Source: the human T2T-CHM13v2.0 reference genome, Homo sapiens
Length of the DNA stretch: 64,000 nt
Assembly (NCBI RefSeq): GCF_009914755.1
Contig: NC_060934.1
Reading direction: 5' to 3' (one strand)
Below are positions 38,639 to 59,774 of this stretch, piece by piece (the stretch's first letter is position 1; each line of letters begins with the position of its first letter). Below the pieces are notes generated by a model that was not told the origin of the DNA, ran no database searches, and worked only from the letters and a program-made list of their open reading frames with translations. A program made the translations under genes and the position numbers.

Positions 38639-39042
38639 TGAGCCACCGCGCCCGGCAGTTAGCTCACTTCTCTTATTCAATCTTTGTTTTTTTCTTTTTT
38701 TCCAATATAGACAATGGTCTCACTATGTTGCCAGACTGGTCTTGAACACCTGGCCTCAAGTGATTCTCCTGTTTCAGCCTTCCAAAGTGCCACTTCGCCT
38801 GGCCTTTTTATTTAATCTTGTCCTAATTAACAACATTTTTGAAATCATGAGTTTGGTAGACTGTTGAGTTTTTTTCCAATACATTTAAAAATAAATATCT
38901 ATTAAAATAATTTATACCTCCTAAAATCATGGCATAGACCACCAGATACTGGTCCCATTCTTCAGAAATGTAGGACATTGGCCAGGCGCAGTGACTCATG
39001 CCTGTAATCCCAGCACTTTGGGAGGCCGAGGTGGGTGGATCA

Positions 39043-39291
<249 letters not shown>

Positions 39292-39455
39292 TTACTCAAT
39301 TCAACTCCTTTCCATATCCAGCTCTAAGAGCAGTGGTTCCTGGGCTCAAGCGATCCACCTGCCTCAGCCTCCCACAGTGCTCGGATTACAGGAGTGAGCC
39401 ACTGCGCCCGGCCAAATCAGCGGGTTTTACAGGCAGACATACACACTGGCAATTA

Positions 39456-39683
<228 letters not shown>

Positions 39684-39904
39684 TTACCGCTGGCTCCAAG
39701 CACCTGCCCTGCCCTCCTCTGTGGAAAGGGTTGCAGACTTGAGGGGTGGTTTCTCTGCACTAAGTTGGCCTCCAGCTTGAGGTAGAATAATTCCAATGAA
39801 AGGGAGGAGAAACTGTCTGGCTAGAATCCATTCCCAGAATTAAATTATTCCCTAGTTTAGCATACCAGTAGGGAAGTCTTTTTATAATTTGGTTACATTG
39901 TAAT

Positions 39905-40115
39905 AATAATAACAGCAAACATTTCTGTAACACTTACCATGTGCCCAGCTCTCTTCAAAGTGGTTTCCATATATTTCACCGTATTTAGTCCTAGTAACAA
40001 CACTAGGACGTAAGTGCTATTATTATCCCCATTTTACAGATGAGGAAACAGAGGCATGGGATGTGAAGTAAATTGCCCCAGGACACATGATATTAAGTGG
40101 TGGAGCTGAGACTGA
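39905..40115 (+). mobile_element. MIR
   Basis: MIR core attatccccattttacagatgaggaaacagaggc. Confidence 0.8.
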
Positions 40116-40218
40116 AGCCCAGGCATGGTGGCTCCCGACTGTAATCCCAGCAACTCAGGAGGGTGAGGCCAGGAGTTCAAGACCAGCCTGGGCAACATAG
40201 TGAGACTCCCTGTCTCTA

Positions 40219-40353
<135 letters not shown>

Positions 40354-40504
40354 TCAGCCTACACAACAGAGTGAGACCCTTTCTCTACAAAAAATAAAAA
40401 GCCAGTCTGGCACCAGAGCCCATGCTTCTAAACACTTCCCAACAAACCAAATCATTAAAAAACATCTGTAAAGCCAGGAGCGAATCCACCTTGTATTCTC
40501 ATTA

Positions 40505-40693
<189 letters not shown>

Positions 40694-40934
40694 TTACATT
40701 TTTAAATTACAGGCTAGGCACAATGGCTCACACCTCTAATACTAGCACTTTAGCGGGCCGAGGCAAGTGGATCACTTGAGGTCAGGAGTTTGAGACTAGC
40801 CCAGGCAACATGATGAAACCCTGTCTCTACAAAAAATACTGGTTGTGCCACTCCACTCCAGCATGGGCGACAGAGTGAGACCCTGTCTCAAAAAAAAAAA
40901 AAAAATTTAAATTACATCCTAAAAATATGTATCA

Positions 40935-41281
<347 letters not shown>

Positions 41282-41885
41282 TCAGCATTTCTAAGACCAA
41301 GGAAATAATCTGAAAACTTACGCTTTATGTTCAAAATGTTAACTATGGTCACCAAAACAAGTGCATTAGTGGGCCGGACACAGTGGCTCATGCCTGTAAT
41401 CCCAGCTTTTTGGGAGGCTGAGGCAGGTGGATCACCTGAGGTCGGGAGTTCGAGACCAGCCTGACTCACATGATGAAACCCCATCTCTACTAAAAATACA
41501 AAAATTAGCGTGCCTGTAATCCCAGCTACTCAAGAGGATGAGGCAGGAGAATCGCTAGAACCTGTGGGGGTGGAGATTGCAGTGAGCCAGGATTGCACCA
41601 GTGCACTCCAGCCTGGGTGACAGAGCAAGGCTCCGTCTCAGAAAAAAAAAAAAAAAAAAAAGTGCATTAGTGGAAGAAAAATTAACTAGTGACACTATGT
41701 TCACTCAGTGGAATATGACTCAGACATTAAAAATTAAGGCCATATAATAGTATGGATGGCGGGCACAGTGGCTCATGCCTGTAATCCTAGCTTTGGGAGG
41801 CTGAGGCGGGCGGATCACGAGGTCAGATCGGGACCATCCTGGCTAACACGGTGAAACCCGCCTCTACTAAAAATGCAAAAAATTA

Positions 41886-42086
<201 letters not shown>

Positions 42087-42618
42087 TTATTATAATAAAA
42101 TATTATTACAATTATGTAAAACCAAGACACTATATGAAAAAAAGAAAAGCCTGCAAAGAAATACACCAAAGCAATTTTTAACAGTGATTGCCTTTAGAAA
42201 TGGAATTAGGGATGATTTTTTAAAATTCCTTCTATTTCTCTGATGTTTCTGTAATGAATACATATGATTTTTCAGATGGGAAACAAATTCAATAAATTGT
42301 ATATTTTTAACTGTCCAGTTGATGCATTCCAAGAAGGTAAAGTAACAAAATCCAAATAAATGTACAGCATACCCATAAACTCAAATCACCCAACCTATTC
42401 CTTAAGATTGGAATTGTGGTTGTATGAGAATATTTAGGAAGGTCAAGATCTTCCCCTTTAAAGGTGATTTAAGATAAACCAAAGATGCTAGCTAATATGT
42501 CCATATAACCAAATTACAAGCTAATTTGTTTTGTTTTGTTTTGTTTTTTGAGATGGAGTCTGGCTCTATCACCCAGGCTGGAGTTCAGTGGCGTGATCTC
42601 AGCTCACTGCAACCTTGA

Positions 42619-42867
<249 letters not shown>

Positions 42868-43265
42868 TGAATTTTTAAAAGTCAGATTATAAGGCTGGTG
42901 TGATGGCTCAGGCCTGCAATCCCAGCACTTTGGGAGGCCAAGGCAGGAGGATTGCTTTAGCCCAGGAGTTCAACACCAGCCTGGGCAACATAGGAAGGGC
43001 CCGTCTCTATTAAAAATAAATAAATAAATGTCGGATTATGTATTTTCTGGTATTTTTCCTTCTTTCTGAATCTTAAAATACATACAGAAAATTAGTCGGT
43101 CTCCAAAATTTTCCACAAGTGCACTAATTAGAATAAGTCCTGGAAACAGAGGATTTGTATAATAAAATTCTAATCAGGTAACATATTATGTGGTATATCT
43201 TCATTACCACTCAAGAAACTTTTATATACATAATATATTTCAAAATCAAAACTCAAACTACTTAC

Positions 43266-43324
43266 TGGAATTGTTGAGGATGGAAACTGGCAGAGGAAAT
43301 AGTCCCTGAAGTGGGATGAGCTAC
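43266..43324 (-). CDS. PHYH: PHYH exon 2 (VAHPTSGTISSASFHPQQF)
   Basis: 59 nt; ctag/gtaag boundaries. Confidence 0.97.
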
Positions 43325-43484
43325 CTAGGATGTGAATTAAGGCAAATAAAGTAAAATATAGAAGGCCAGGCGCGGTGGCTCATGCCTGTAATTCCAGCAC
43401 TTTGGGAGGCTGAGGCAAGAGGATTACTTGAGCTCAGGAGTTCGAGACCAGCCGGGCCAACATGGTGAAACCCCATCTCTACTA

Positions 43485-43874
<390 letters not shown>

Positions 43875-43877
43875 TTA

Positions 43878-44177
<300 letters not shown>

Positions 44178-44399
44178 TCAAAAAAAAAAAAAAAAACCAA
44201 AAAAGCAAAACCCTAGAAATTCCTTTTAAAGATCTCTTTTCTATCCGGTAACTGCAGAGAGTTGACATAGAATTGCATTGTTTCTTTAGCTTAATCGGTT
44301 ACTTTCGGAATGTCACTCTCATCAATTAACATGTTATCCTTTCTTTCTCTCTGTTTCTCTCTTTTGGAACGCACTGGCCATCACGGCTCACTGTAACCC

Positions 44400-45300
<901 letters not shown>

Positions 45301-46384
45301 ATCCTTCCGTCCTTTATTTTCTTTCTTTTTAAAAAGAAACAAGATCTTGCTCTGTCGCCCAGGCTGGAGTGCAGTGCGCGATCATAGCTCACTGCAGCCT
45401 TGAACTCTTGGGCTAATTTTTATTTTTTGTAGAGATGGGGTCTCGCTACGTTGCCCAGGTGGGTCTCAAACTCCTCCCCGCCTCCCGTCTCGACCTCCCA
45501 AAGTGCTGGGACTACAGGCGTGAGTCATTACCCCTGCCCCGCACCCTGTTTCTGTTCCATCACCAGGACCCTCCCTGCCGCACCGAAGCTCGGGGGCCCA
45601 GTGACCAGGCCGAGGTCACACAGTGACAAGTGGCTGGGCTGGGACCTCACTCACTCTCCTAACGTCATGGCTTCCATCTGTTTAACCCTACGTGACTGCT
45701 CCTTCCACTGACAGCTGAAAGAATAAAATCTCCGATTTAAACAAAAAGTTTGCCGGGCGCGGTGGCTCACGCCTGTAATCCCAGCACTTTGGGAGGCCAA
45801 GGCAGGCGGATCACGGGGTCAGGAGTTCGAGACCAGCCTGGCCAACTTGGTGAAAACCCGTCTCTACTAAAGATACAAAAATTAGCTGAGTGTTGTGGCG
45901 CACGCCTGTAATCCCAGCTACTGGGGAGGCTGAGGCAAGAGAATCACTTGCAACCGGGAGGCGGAGGATGCAGTCAGCGAGATGGCGCCACTGCATTCCA
46001 GCCTGGGTGACAGGGCAAGACTCCGTCTCTAAACAAACAAACAAACAAACAAACAGGTTTTTAGCCGGGTGCGGTGGCTCACGCCCGTAACTCCAACACT
46101 TTGGGAGGCCGAGGCAGGAGGATCGCTTGAGCTCAGGATCGCTATAGATCGAAAGCAGCCTGGGTAACATAGTGAGAACACCTGATCTACAAAAAAATTA
46201 GCCGGGCGTCGTGGCGGGCGCCTGTAGTCCCAGCTACTCAGGAGGCTGAGGCAGGAGAACGGTGTAAACCCAGGAGGCGGACCTTGCAGTGAGCGAGATG
46301 GCGCCACCGCACTCCAGCCTGGGCGACAGAGCAAGACTCCGTCTCAAAAAAAATAAAAAATAAATCAATAAATTAAATAAATAA

Positions 46385-46642
46385 AAATTCCAGACATTGT
46401 ATGAGGAAGCATTGCAAAACTTTCTGTTCTGTTAGCTGTTGCCTGTAGCCCCCAGTCATGTTCCCCACGCTTGCTCGATCTCTCACTAACCTTTCACGTA
46501 GACCCTTAGAGTTACAAGCCCTTAAAAGGGCCAAGAATTTCTTTTTCAGGGACCTCGGTTGCAAGTCTGCCGAAGTTCCCGGCCTAATACAGCCCTTCTT
46601 TAATCCGGTGTCTGAGTTTTGTCTGCGGCTCGTCCTGCTGCA
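46385..46642 (+). mobile_element. 5'-truncated HERV-E LTR (LTR2B-like)
   Basis: gcccttaaaagggccaagaatttcttttt...ttctttaatccggtgtctgag...ttttgtctgcggctcgtcctgctgca matches the remembered LTR2-family R/U5 end. Confidence 0.75.
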
Positions 46643-47099
46643 GGAGGATCACCTGAGCCCGGGAGTTTGAAGTTGCAGTGAGCCCAGATCGTGCCTCTGC
46701 ACTCCAGCCTGGGCGACAGAGTGAGGCCATGTCCAAAAAACACAAAAACAAAAAACAAACAAAACTCCAAAACATCAATGAAGTTTTGAAAATAAAAATA
46801 AAAAAATAAAAATGCTAAGATGCATCCCTAAAAGTCATATGTGCCATTCAAAAGGGGTATTTCATTTAGTGGGACTCCAGCCCAAAATATTAGAAAGTTC
46901 GGTTGGTCATAAAAAAAAAAAAAGTGAATAAAATAAATGACCTCCAGAAAAGTCTGATGCACACAGGCCAGTATGGTGTAAATTTCTTAGATAACTCCAG
47001 CATCTCTTTGTAAGATTTATTTTCCATTCCATAACTACGGATATTGACATAGCATCTCATTGTTTCTTTAGTTTCATTTTTTCATTGATTTTTTGTTCT

Positions 47100-47600
47100 T
47101 TTTTAGCTTCGAGTTACTTCCAGAACGTCGCAGCACACGTTATCACTTCCTGCATGACGTCTTTATAGAATTTGGTGACAATGTCGCAGTCCAGGAGGGA
47201 GGCCCGCAGCCAGCATCACCAGCCCCTTCCTGTTTGCACAGGCAGGGAGGAGAACGGCAGCTCCCAGGCTTCCCCTGGGGAGTCCCTCCGGCTTTCTCCG
47301 GGATTCCGCCCGCCCCAGGGTCTCAGACCAACAGAAGGACCCGGGATCCCTCAGCAGCTCCGGACCTCATCTGCCCCACTTCGGCATCCCGCGCGGGAAT
47401 ATGACCATGTAGGAGTAACCCGGGGCTCTCAAGGACTCTACGGTTTGTCACGGTTTGAACGCAAGCGCAGGGCCTGGGGCGGGTGCAGGTGGAGGGTCGG
47501 CCTCTTTCTGCCCTTGGGAACGCCCCTTTCTGGATGTGGACCGGCGAGGCGGTCTCTCCTTTCTGCCCTCGCCTGGTGAAATGTGGGCACTGCTGCCAGG
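47100..47600. promoter_or_regulatory. second CpG-enriched block, candidate upstream promoter/enhancer
   Basis: Non-repeat CpG-rich sequence; ETS site cacttcctg (47144-47152) next to CRE-like tgacgtc (47155-47161); GC box ggggcggg; paralogous to 44228-44770. Confidence 0.55.
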
Positions 47601-47730
47601 AGAAAAAAAACTGAAGCTGTGAATTCAGTTCATCACCCTTCCCTTGTTTATTAAAAAATCGGACCTTGGCCGGGCGCGGTGGCTCACGCCTGTAATCCCA
47701 GCACTTTGGGAGGCCGAGGCAGGCAGATTA

Positions 47731-48022
<292 letters not shown>

Positions 48023-49057
48023 TTACACCTGTGTTTTTACTGTTCCTTTAAAATGCCCTAATTTCACAACCATGTGAAAATTCCTGCCATCTCTCCCCCA
48101 AGGCATTTATACAAGGATGTACTTAGATATTTAGATGTATTTAAATTTATGCTTTTCTTTTCTTTTTTTTTTTTTTTTGAGACGGAGTCTGACTCTGTTT
48201 CCCAGGCTGGAGTGCAGGGCGTGATCTCGGCTCACTGCGACCTCTGCCTTCCGGGTTCAAGAGATTCTCCTGACTCAGCCTCCTGAGTAGCTGGGATTAC
48301 AGGCGCGCCATCAAGCTCAGCTAATTTTTTGTATTTTTAGTAGAGCCAGTTTCACCATTTTGGCCAGGCTGGTCTCGAACTCATGACCTCAAGTGATCCG
48401 CCCGCCTCAACCTCCCAAAGTGCTGGGATTACAGGCGTAAACCACCGCACCCGGCCCAAACTGATGCTTTTTACCGACAGATGAAGGAAATTCTTAAATG
48501 CTCACAATTGTTATCTGCCTTTTTAAAATTAGAGGGATGCTGGGTTTAACATTTTTCATTTAAGATCCCACGGAGAATTAACATAATAATTTCTCCGTAG
48601 GTAAAGAGGTAATTTGATGAATGTTACTAGTTTTCTTTCAAATAGCTATTTGGATTATTGGAAAATTCCCTAAGTAGGCATCTTTAATAATTATGTTATT
48701 AAAATAAAAATATTTTAGAACAATTGAAGCAGAACATTAATGGAATGTAAACATTATCACAAGAATGAAAAGTTCTTTCCCCTTTGGTATTAGGCATTTA
48801 TTCATTTCTTATTAAAGTTGACCTTTTGAAGATTACTTCAAAATTAGCTTCCCCCCACTTCCAGTAATGTGCTTGGTTACTTACGTATTGAAAGTAACCT
48901 TGCAGACAAGTTTTGAAACACAATTTTCAAAATGATCTAAGGAATAGTTTTCCCCATATATATAAATTAAATGATTTGTTAAATAATAGCCATATTTGAA
49001 CAGCTAAGTAAAATGTTTGAGTTTTAAAATCTTGGATTAAATTGTTCAAACTGGCTA

Positions 49058-49153
<96 letters not shown>

Positions 49154-49250
49154 TTAAAAACCCGTCTCTACTAAAAGTACCAAAAAAAATAAATAAATAA
49201 ATAAAAATTAGCTGGGCGTGGTGGCACATGCCTGTAATCCCAGCTACTCA

Positions 49251-49355
<105 letters not shown>

Positions 49356-49358
49356 TCA

Positions 49359-49797
<439 letters not shown>

Positions 49798-50105
49798 CTA
49801 CTCCAGAGTCTGAGGCAGGAGGATTGCTTGAGCTCAGGGTTCTAGGCTGCAGTGAGCCATGATCCCCTACTGTACTCCAGCCTGAGTGATAGAGATCCTA
49901 TCTCTAAAATTTATTTTAAAAAGTTTAAAAAGTTAGCTGGGTGTGGTGGCTTATGCCTGTAATCCAGCATTTTGGGAGGCTGAGGCGGGTGGATCACAAG
50001 GTCAGGAGTTTGAGACCAGCCTGGCCAAAATGGTGAAACCCTGTCTCTACTAAAAAAATAAAAAAATTAGCCAGGCATGGTGGTGGGCGCCTGTGGTCCC
50101 AGCTA

Positions 50106-50258
<153 letters not shown>

Positions 50259-50690
50259 TTAAGGAAATGTCATTATATGAATAAAAAATTATCTGCAATC
50301 AACTCCAGATTCAAAAACTCTGAGAATAGATATTACTGTAGGTGAGGTCATTTGGTTACAAGTTTTAAAGTTCGTTTAGAATATAGTGGCTCACACCTGT
50401 AATCCCAGCATTTTCAGAGGCTAAGGCAGAAGGATCACTTCAGGCCAGGAGTTCAAAACCAGCCTGGGCAACATTGCAAGACCCCATCTCTGCAAAAAGT
50501 TTAAAAATTAGCCAGGTATGTAGGCTGGGTGCGGTAGCTCACGCCTGTAATCCCAGCACTTTGGGAGGCCGAGGTGGGCGGATCACCTGAAGACAGGAGT
50601 CTGAAACCAGCCTGGCCAACACCCTGTCTCTACTAAAAATACAAAAACTAGCTGGGCATGGTGACGCATGCCTGCAGTCCTGGCTACTCA

Positions 50691-50840
<150 letters not shown>

Positions 50841-51334
50841 CTATTCAGGAGGCTGAAGCGAGAGGATCTCCTGCTTTTCTCGAAGCCCATTTCTGATGTC
50901 GGCTATAATGAAAACAAGTCTGAAGAATGGAGACATCTGTGGTGCAAAGAAATATCTCATCTTCCAACCTAAATTAGAAACTAAGAAATATAGGTGTGTA
51001 AATCTGGGAGAAGAGGAAAGAATAAAATTATCACTTATGGAATTATTTGGATTGAGAGGCCCGGGGTAAATGATCTACCATGAAATAAACACAAATCAAC
51101 CAGCAAACCTCTACACAATTATTGGGTACCTAATTTGTACCGAGCTGTCTAAAAGAAACAGGGAAACATAGGAGGGGGTACAGCAATGATCCACGTAAGC
51201 AGAGGGAAAGGCAGTGCCATGCCCAGGCTCTAAACGACACAGGGCAGGGGACAAGGCAGCAGGTGCAGGAAGAGTGAGGGCTAAGGTATGTTAGGGTGAA
51301 GGAGGGCAGAAAGGAAGGAAATAGGGAAAGAAAT

Positions 51335-51410
51335 CACACACACACACTCATACACACACACATATACACATACATGCACACACACACACATGCACGCATG
51401 CGCGCACACA
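51335..51410. repeat. imperfect (CA)n alternating purine-pyrimidine tract
   Basis: Read directly. Confidence 0.85.
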
Positions 51411-51446
51411 CCTTCCATTCTGTGTGTCAGTTCCCCATGGATATGA

Positions 51447-51773
<327 letters not shown>

Positions 51774-52584
51774 TAGTAGAGACGGGGTTTCTCCATGTTG
51801 ATCAGGCTGGTCTCGATCTCCCGACCTCAGGTGATCTGCCCGCCTCGGCCTCCCAAAGTGCTGGGATTTATGTATACTTTCATGTTGGCGTTAATCATCT
51901 CATGTTGGCACTACAGAAAAGTTGATTCTGCCACAGTCTGCCTGGTGGGCGAGGCTTGCTTTGTGCACAAAGCTTGGCAGCCAGCGGTGAACTGACCTTC
52001 CCCACTGCTGGCCCCCACTTTGTATGGCTATGTGATCATATTAATTTGGCCAGCCATGGTGGCTCAGGCCTGTAATCCCAGCACTTTGGGAAGCCAAGAG
52101 TTTGAGACCATCTTGGGAAACACAGCAAGACCCCATCTCTATGAAAAAAAGCTAAAAAACTAGCTGGACATGATCGTGGTGTGCCTGTAGTCCCAGGTAC
52201 TCAGGAGGCTGAGGCGGGAGGATCACTTGAGCCCGGGAATCAGAGGCTACAGTGTGCCATGATCACACCACTGCACTCCCACCTGGGCAACAGAGTGAGA
52301 CCTTGTCTCAAAAAATTTTTTAAAAATCATATTAGTTTACATTATATATTACATATATATTTAAATGACCCAATGTTTTGTGATCAATAATAATACACAT
52401 ATATTGTAGAATATTTGAAAAAATATAGGGAAAAAACCCCTAAAATTCACCCATGTGGCTGCTCTTTGCAAGAAAACTGTTGTTAAAATTCATTCTATTT
52501 TTCCCATTCACATTTAGTTGAAATACATACATTTTATACAGGTATATACATATATATGTATATATTTTTTCAAAGTTAATATCA

Positions 52585-52983
<399 letters not shown>

Positions 52984-53156
52984 CTAAAATTAACTCATGT
53001 GGCTGCTCTTCACAAGAAAACCACTGTTACAATTCACTATATTTTTTCCCATTCACATTTAGTTGAAAAATATACATTTTATACAGGTACATACATACAT
53101 ACGTATATATTTTTTCAAAGTTGGTATCACACTGAATACACTGAATAGACTGCATT

Positions 53157-53590
53157 GCATCTGTTTTTGGTAGAAAACACTTAATTTATTGGTCTTTGTG
53201 GAGAATTAGGTGCATCACCAGTGTGTTACAGCTGAGCCATTAGTTTTGTAGCTTCATCAACATTAACTGGTTTGCTCTGATGACGCTGCTGAGGAATCAG
53301 CTCTTTCTGCAGAAGATCAAGAGAAAGGCCTTTTGAGAAATGTGGAAGTTCCTCTTGTACACTTCCAAAAGCTTTGTTTACTCTGCTGACTTTTTCATCA
53401 TTCATAATGTGTATCTTCTTAAGATTAGCGGTAATTGGTTTTACTCTGTTTTTAGCCTTAAAGCTTTTTTGGCTAGCTATGCGAAATACGTTCCTGGACT
53501 TCTGCCCTCTAAATTTGTTCTTGGCCATTGTCAGGAATTCAATACTTGCGTGCAGCTTCTTAAACTCCAGGTGACGCCGCATCTTTTTTT
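53157..53590 (-). pseudogene. processed retrocopy of RBIS/C8orf59 (ribosomal biogenesis factor); ORF 53226-53528 intact
   Basis: Intronless 100-aa ORF MAKNKFRGQKSRNVF...VDEATKLMAQL, recognisably RBIS; AATAAA at 53185-53190; flanking duplication gcatct(t/g)ttttt at 53157 and 53579. Confidence 0.9.
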
Positions 53591-53822
53591 CACCTTAGAT
53601 TACAGCATAGACATTTTACCATGAATACATAGTCTCCAAAAACGTGACTTTTGAGGTAGAATTACAGATAATTTTTTTTTTTTTTTTGAAACAGAGTCTC
53701 AAAAAGAAACATTTAAAAAACTGATGGGTGTGGGCTGGTGGCTCAAGCCTGTAATCCCAGCACTTTGGGAGGCCGAGGTGGGTGGATCACTTGAAGTCAG
53801 GAGATCGAGACCATCCTGGCTA

Positions 53823-54044
<222 letters not shown>

Positions 54045-54047
54045 TTA

Positions 54048-54341
<294 letters not shown>

Positions 54342-54599
54342 CTACAATAATTTTTTTTTAATTAGCCCAGGCGCGGTGGTGTGCCTGTAGTCATAGCCAC
54401 TCAGGAAGCTGAGGTGGGAAGATCTCTTGAGCCTGGAAGGTCAAAGCTGCAGTAAGCCATGATCATGCCACTGCACTCCAGCCTGGGTGACAGAATGAGA
54501 CTGTCTCAATAAAAACACACTTACTTACATACATAAATACATAAATTGGAATCATACTGCATATAGAGTTGTTTTTCAAAACTCATTATTACATTGTGA

Positions 54600-54942
<343 letters not shown>

Positions 54943-55213
54943 TGATTTTTGATGACTTCATAGCATTCTAGCCTGTGGATTTTCCTATATTCATTGAACC
55001 AATGTCCTATTACTATATGTAAGTTTATGTTTTCTTTTCCTTTCTTTCTTTTTTGCTTACAATTGTAAATAATTTGATGAATGTGCTGATTTTCAGTGTT
55101 GGGTAGTCCCATGGATATTTCCTTAGGATAAATTATTGACATAGAGTTGCTAGTCAAAGGCTATTAAACATTTCAATATTGCCAAACAAGTCTCAAAATG
55201 CTGTTATCAATGA

Positions 55214-55390
<177 letters not shown>

Positions 55391-56018
55391 TAGAAAGAAG
55401 CATGCACCACCACGCCCTGCTAATTTTGTATTTTTAGTAGAGACGGGGTTTCTCCATGTTGGTCAGACTGCTCTCCAACTCCCGACCTCAGGTGATCCAC
55501 CCACCTCGGCCTTCCAAAGTGTTAGGATTATAGGTGTGAGCCACCGTGCCCGGCCACCTTACCCTTTTTAAATTCTTGCCAATTAGGTAGGCAAAAAATA
55601 AAAAGACTTCATATTGTTTAAATTTGCCTGTCTAGTAAGATTGAACAAGTTTTGAGCTCTACATTGGTCATTTGTGTATTTGTGAATTGCCTGTCGATTT
55701 CTATCTTAGGGTAGGTTAAGCTATGCTGTAGTAATAAGTAAACCCTGAACTGTTAATGCCTCAACCAAATGAAAGTTTACTTGTCAATGATTCTCCAGCA
55801 ATGACTGAGAGATCCGCAAGTCCATTTTGTGATGCTGTCACCTTAGACCTGCATCCTCTGAGGGTGTCAACGGAAGGCAGTCACAGTATAGGTGGCCCCG
55901 ACAGATTTCAAGAGATTGCAGCAAGGCAGTGCCCAACCCACTGAAAACTGGGACTCAAGTGAAAGGGTAAAATAATGAGACTCTGGAAGCTGGTGACTCA
56001 GAGAGAAATACTACAGAG

Positions 56019-56494
56019 CAGGGGTCCCCAACTCCCATGCCGGGGACCCTTACCAGTCTGTACCCTGTTAGGAACCGAGCCACACAGGATGGGGTGAGCA
56101 AGCATTCCCACCTGACCTCTGCCTCCTGTCAGATCAGCAGTGGCACTGGATTCTCACAGGAGCGGGAACTGTTGTGAACTGCATGTGAGGGATCTAGGTT
56201 GTCTGCTCCTTATGAGAATCTAATGCCTGATAATCCATCACTGTCTCCCATCACCCCCAGATGGGATCGTCTAGTGGCAGGAAAACAAGCTCAGGGCTCC
56301 CACTGATTCTACATTATGGTGGGTTGCAGTTGTTTCATTACATATTACAATGTAATAATAGTAGAAATAAAGTACAAAATAAATGTAATGTGCTTGAATC
56401 ATACTGAAACCTTCCCCGGGCACTGTGCCCCAGTCTGTGGAAAAATTGCTTCCACAAAACCAGTCCCTTGTGCCAAAAAGGTTGGGGACCACTC
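56019..56494 (+). mobile_element. MER1A-like hAT-Charlie MITE
   Basis: Terminal inverted repeats caggggtccccaac / gttggggaccactc; 8-bp duplication ctacagag at 56011-56018 and 56495-56502. Confidence 0.88.
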
Positions 56495-56625
56495 CTACAG
56501 AGGAAGACACTTAGAAGATGAATCATGTACAGAATTTCTCTGCTGTTGTATAATGTAAGTATTTGGGATAGGATGTTCTCTAAAACATTGGTCAGAAACT
56601 GCTAGGTTATCCTTGCACTATAGAA

Positions 56626-57916
<1,291 letters not shown>

Positions 57917-58134
57917 GCCACAGCCTGTCTAGTGGCCCACGTTTGCTTTGTGCACAAAGCTTGGTAGCTAGTGGTGAACAGACCTGCCACCCTGCTGGCC
58001 CCCGCTTGGTATGGCTGTGTAAGCAATTCTTGTTCACTGATTTTAAAAATACCATGTTTGAGGCAACAGCTTTGCTTCATGGCTGCAAAAATCTCTCCCC
58101 TGGTGAAGAAGCTACCCCGTGGGTATACGGCCTT

Positions 58135-58699
<565 letters not shown>

Positions 58700-58709
58700 T
58701 CAACGTTAA

Positions 58710-58904
<195 letters not shown>

Positions 58905-58951
58905 TAGTAGAGACGGGGTTTCACCGTGGTCTCGATCTCCTGACTTTGTGA

Positions 58952-59330
<379 letters not shown>

Positions 59331-59374
59331 TAATTTTCTACGGGCCTATGCTTGTTCTAAAAATATAATAGTAG

Positions 59375-59774
<400 letters not shown>

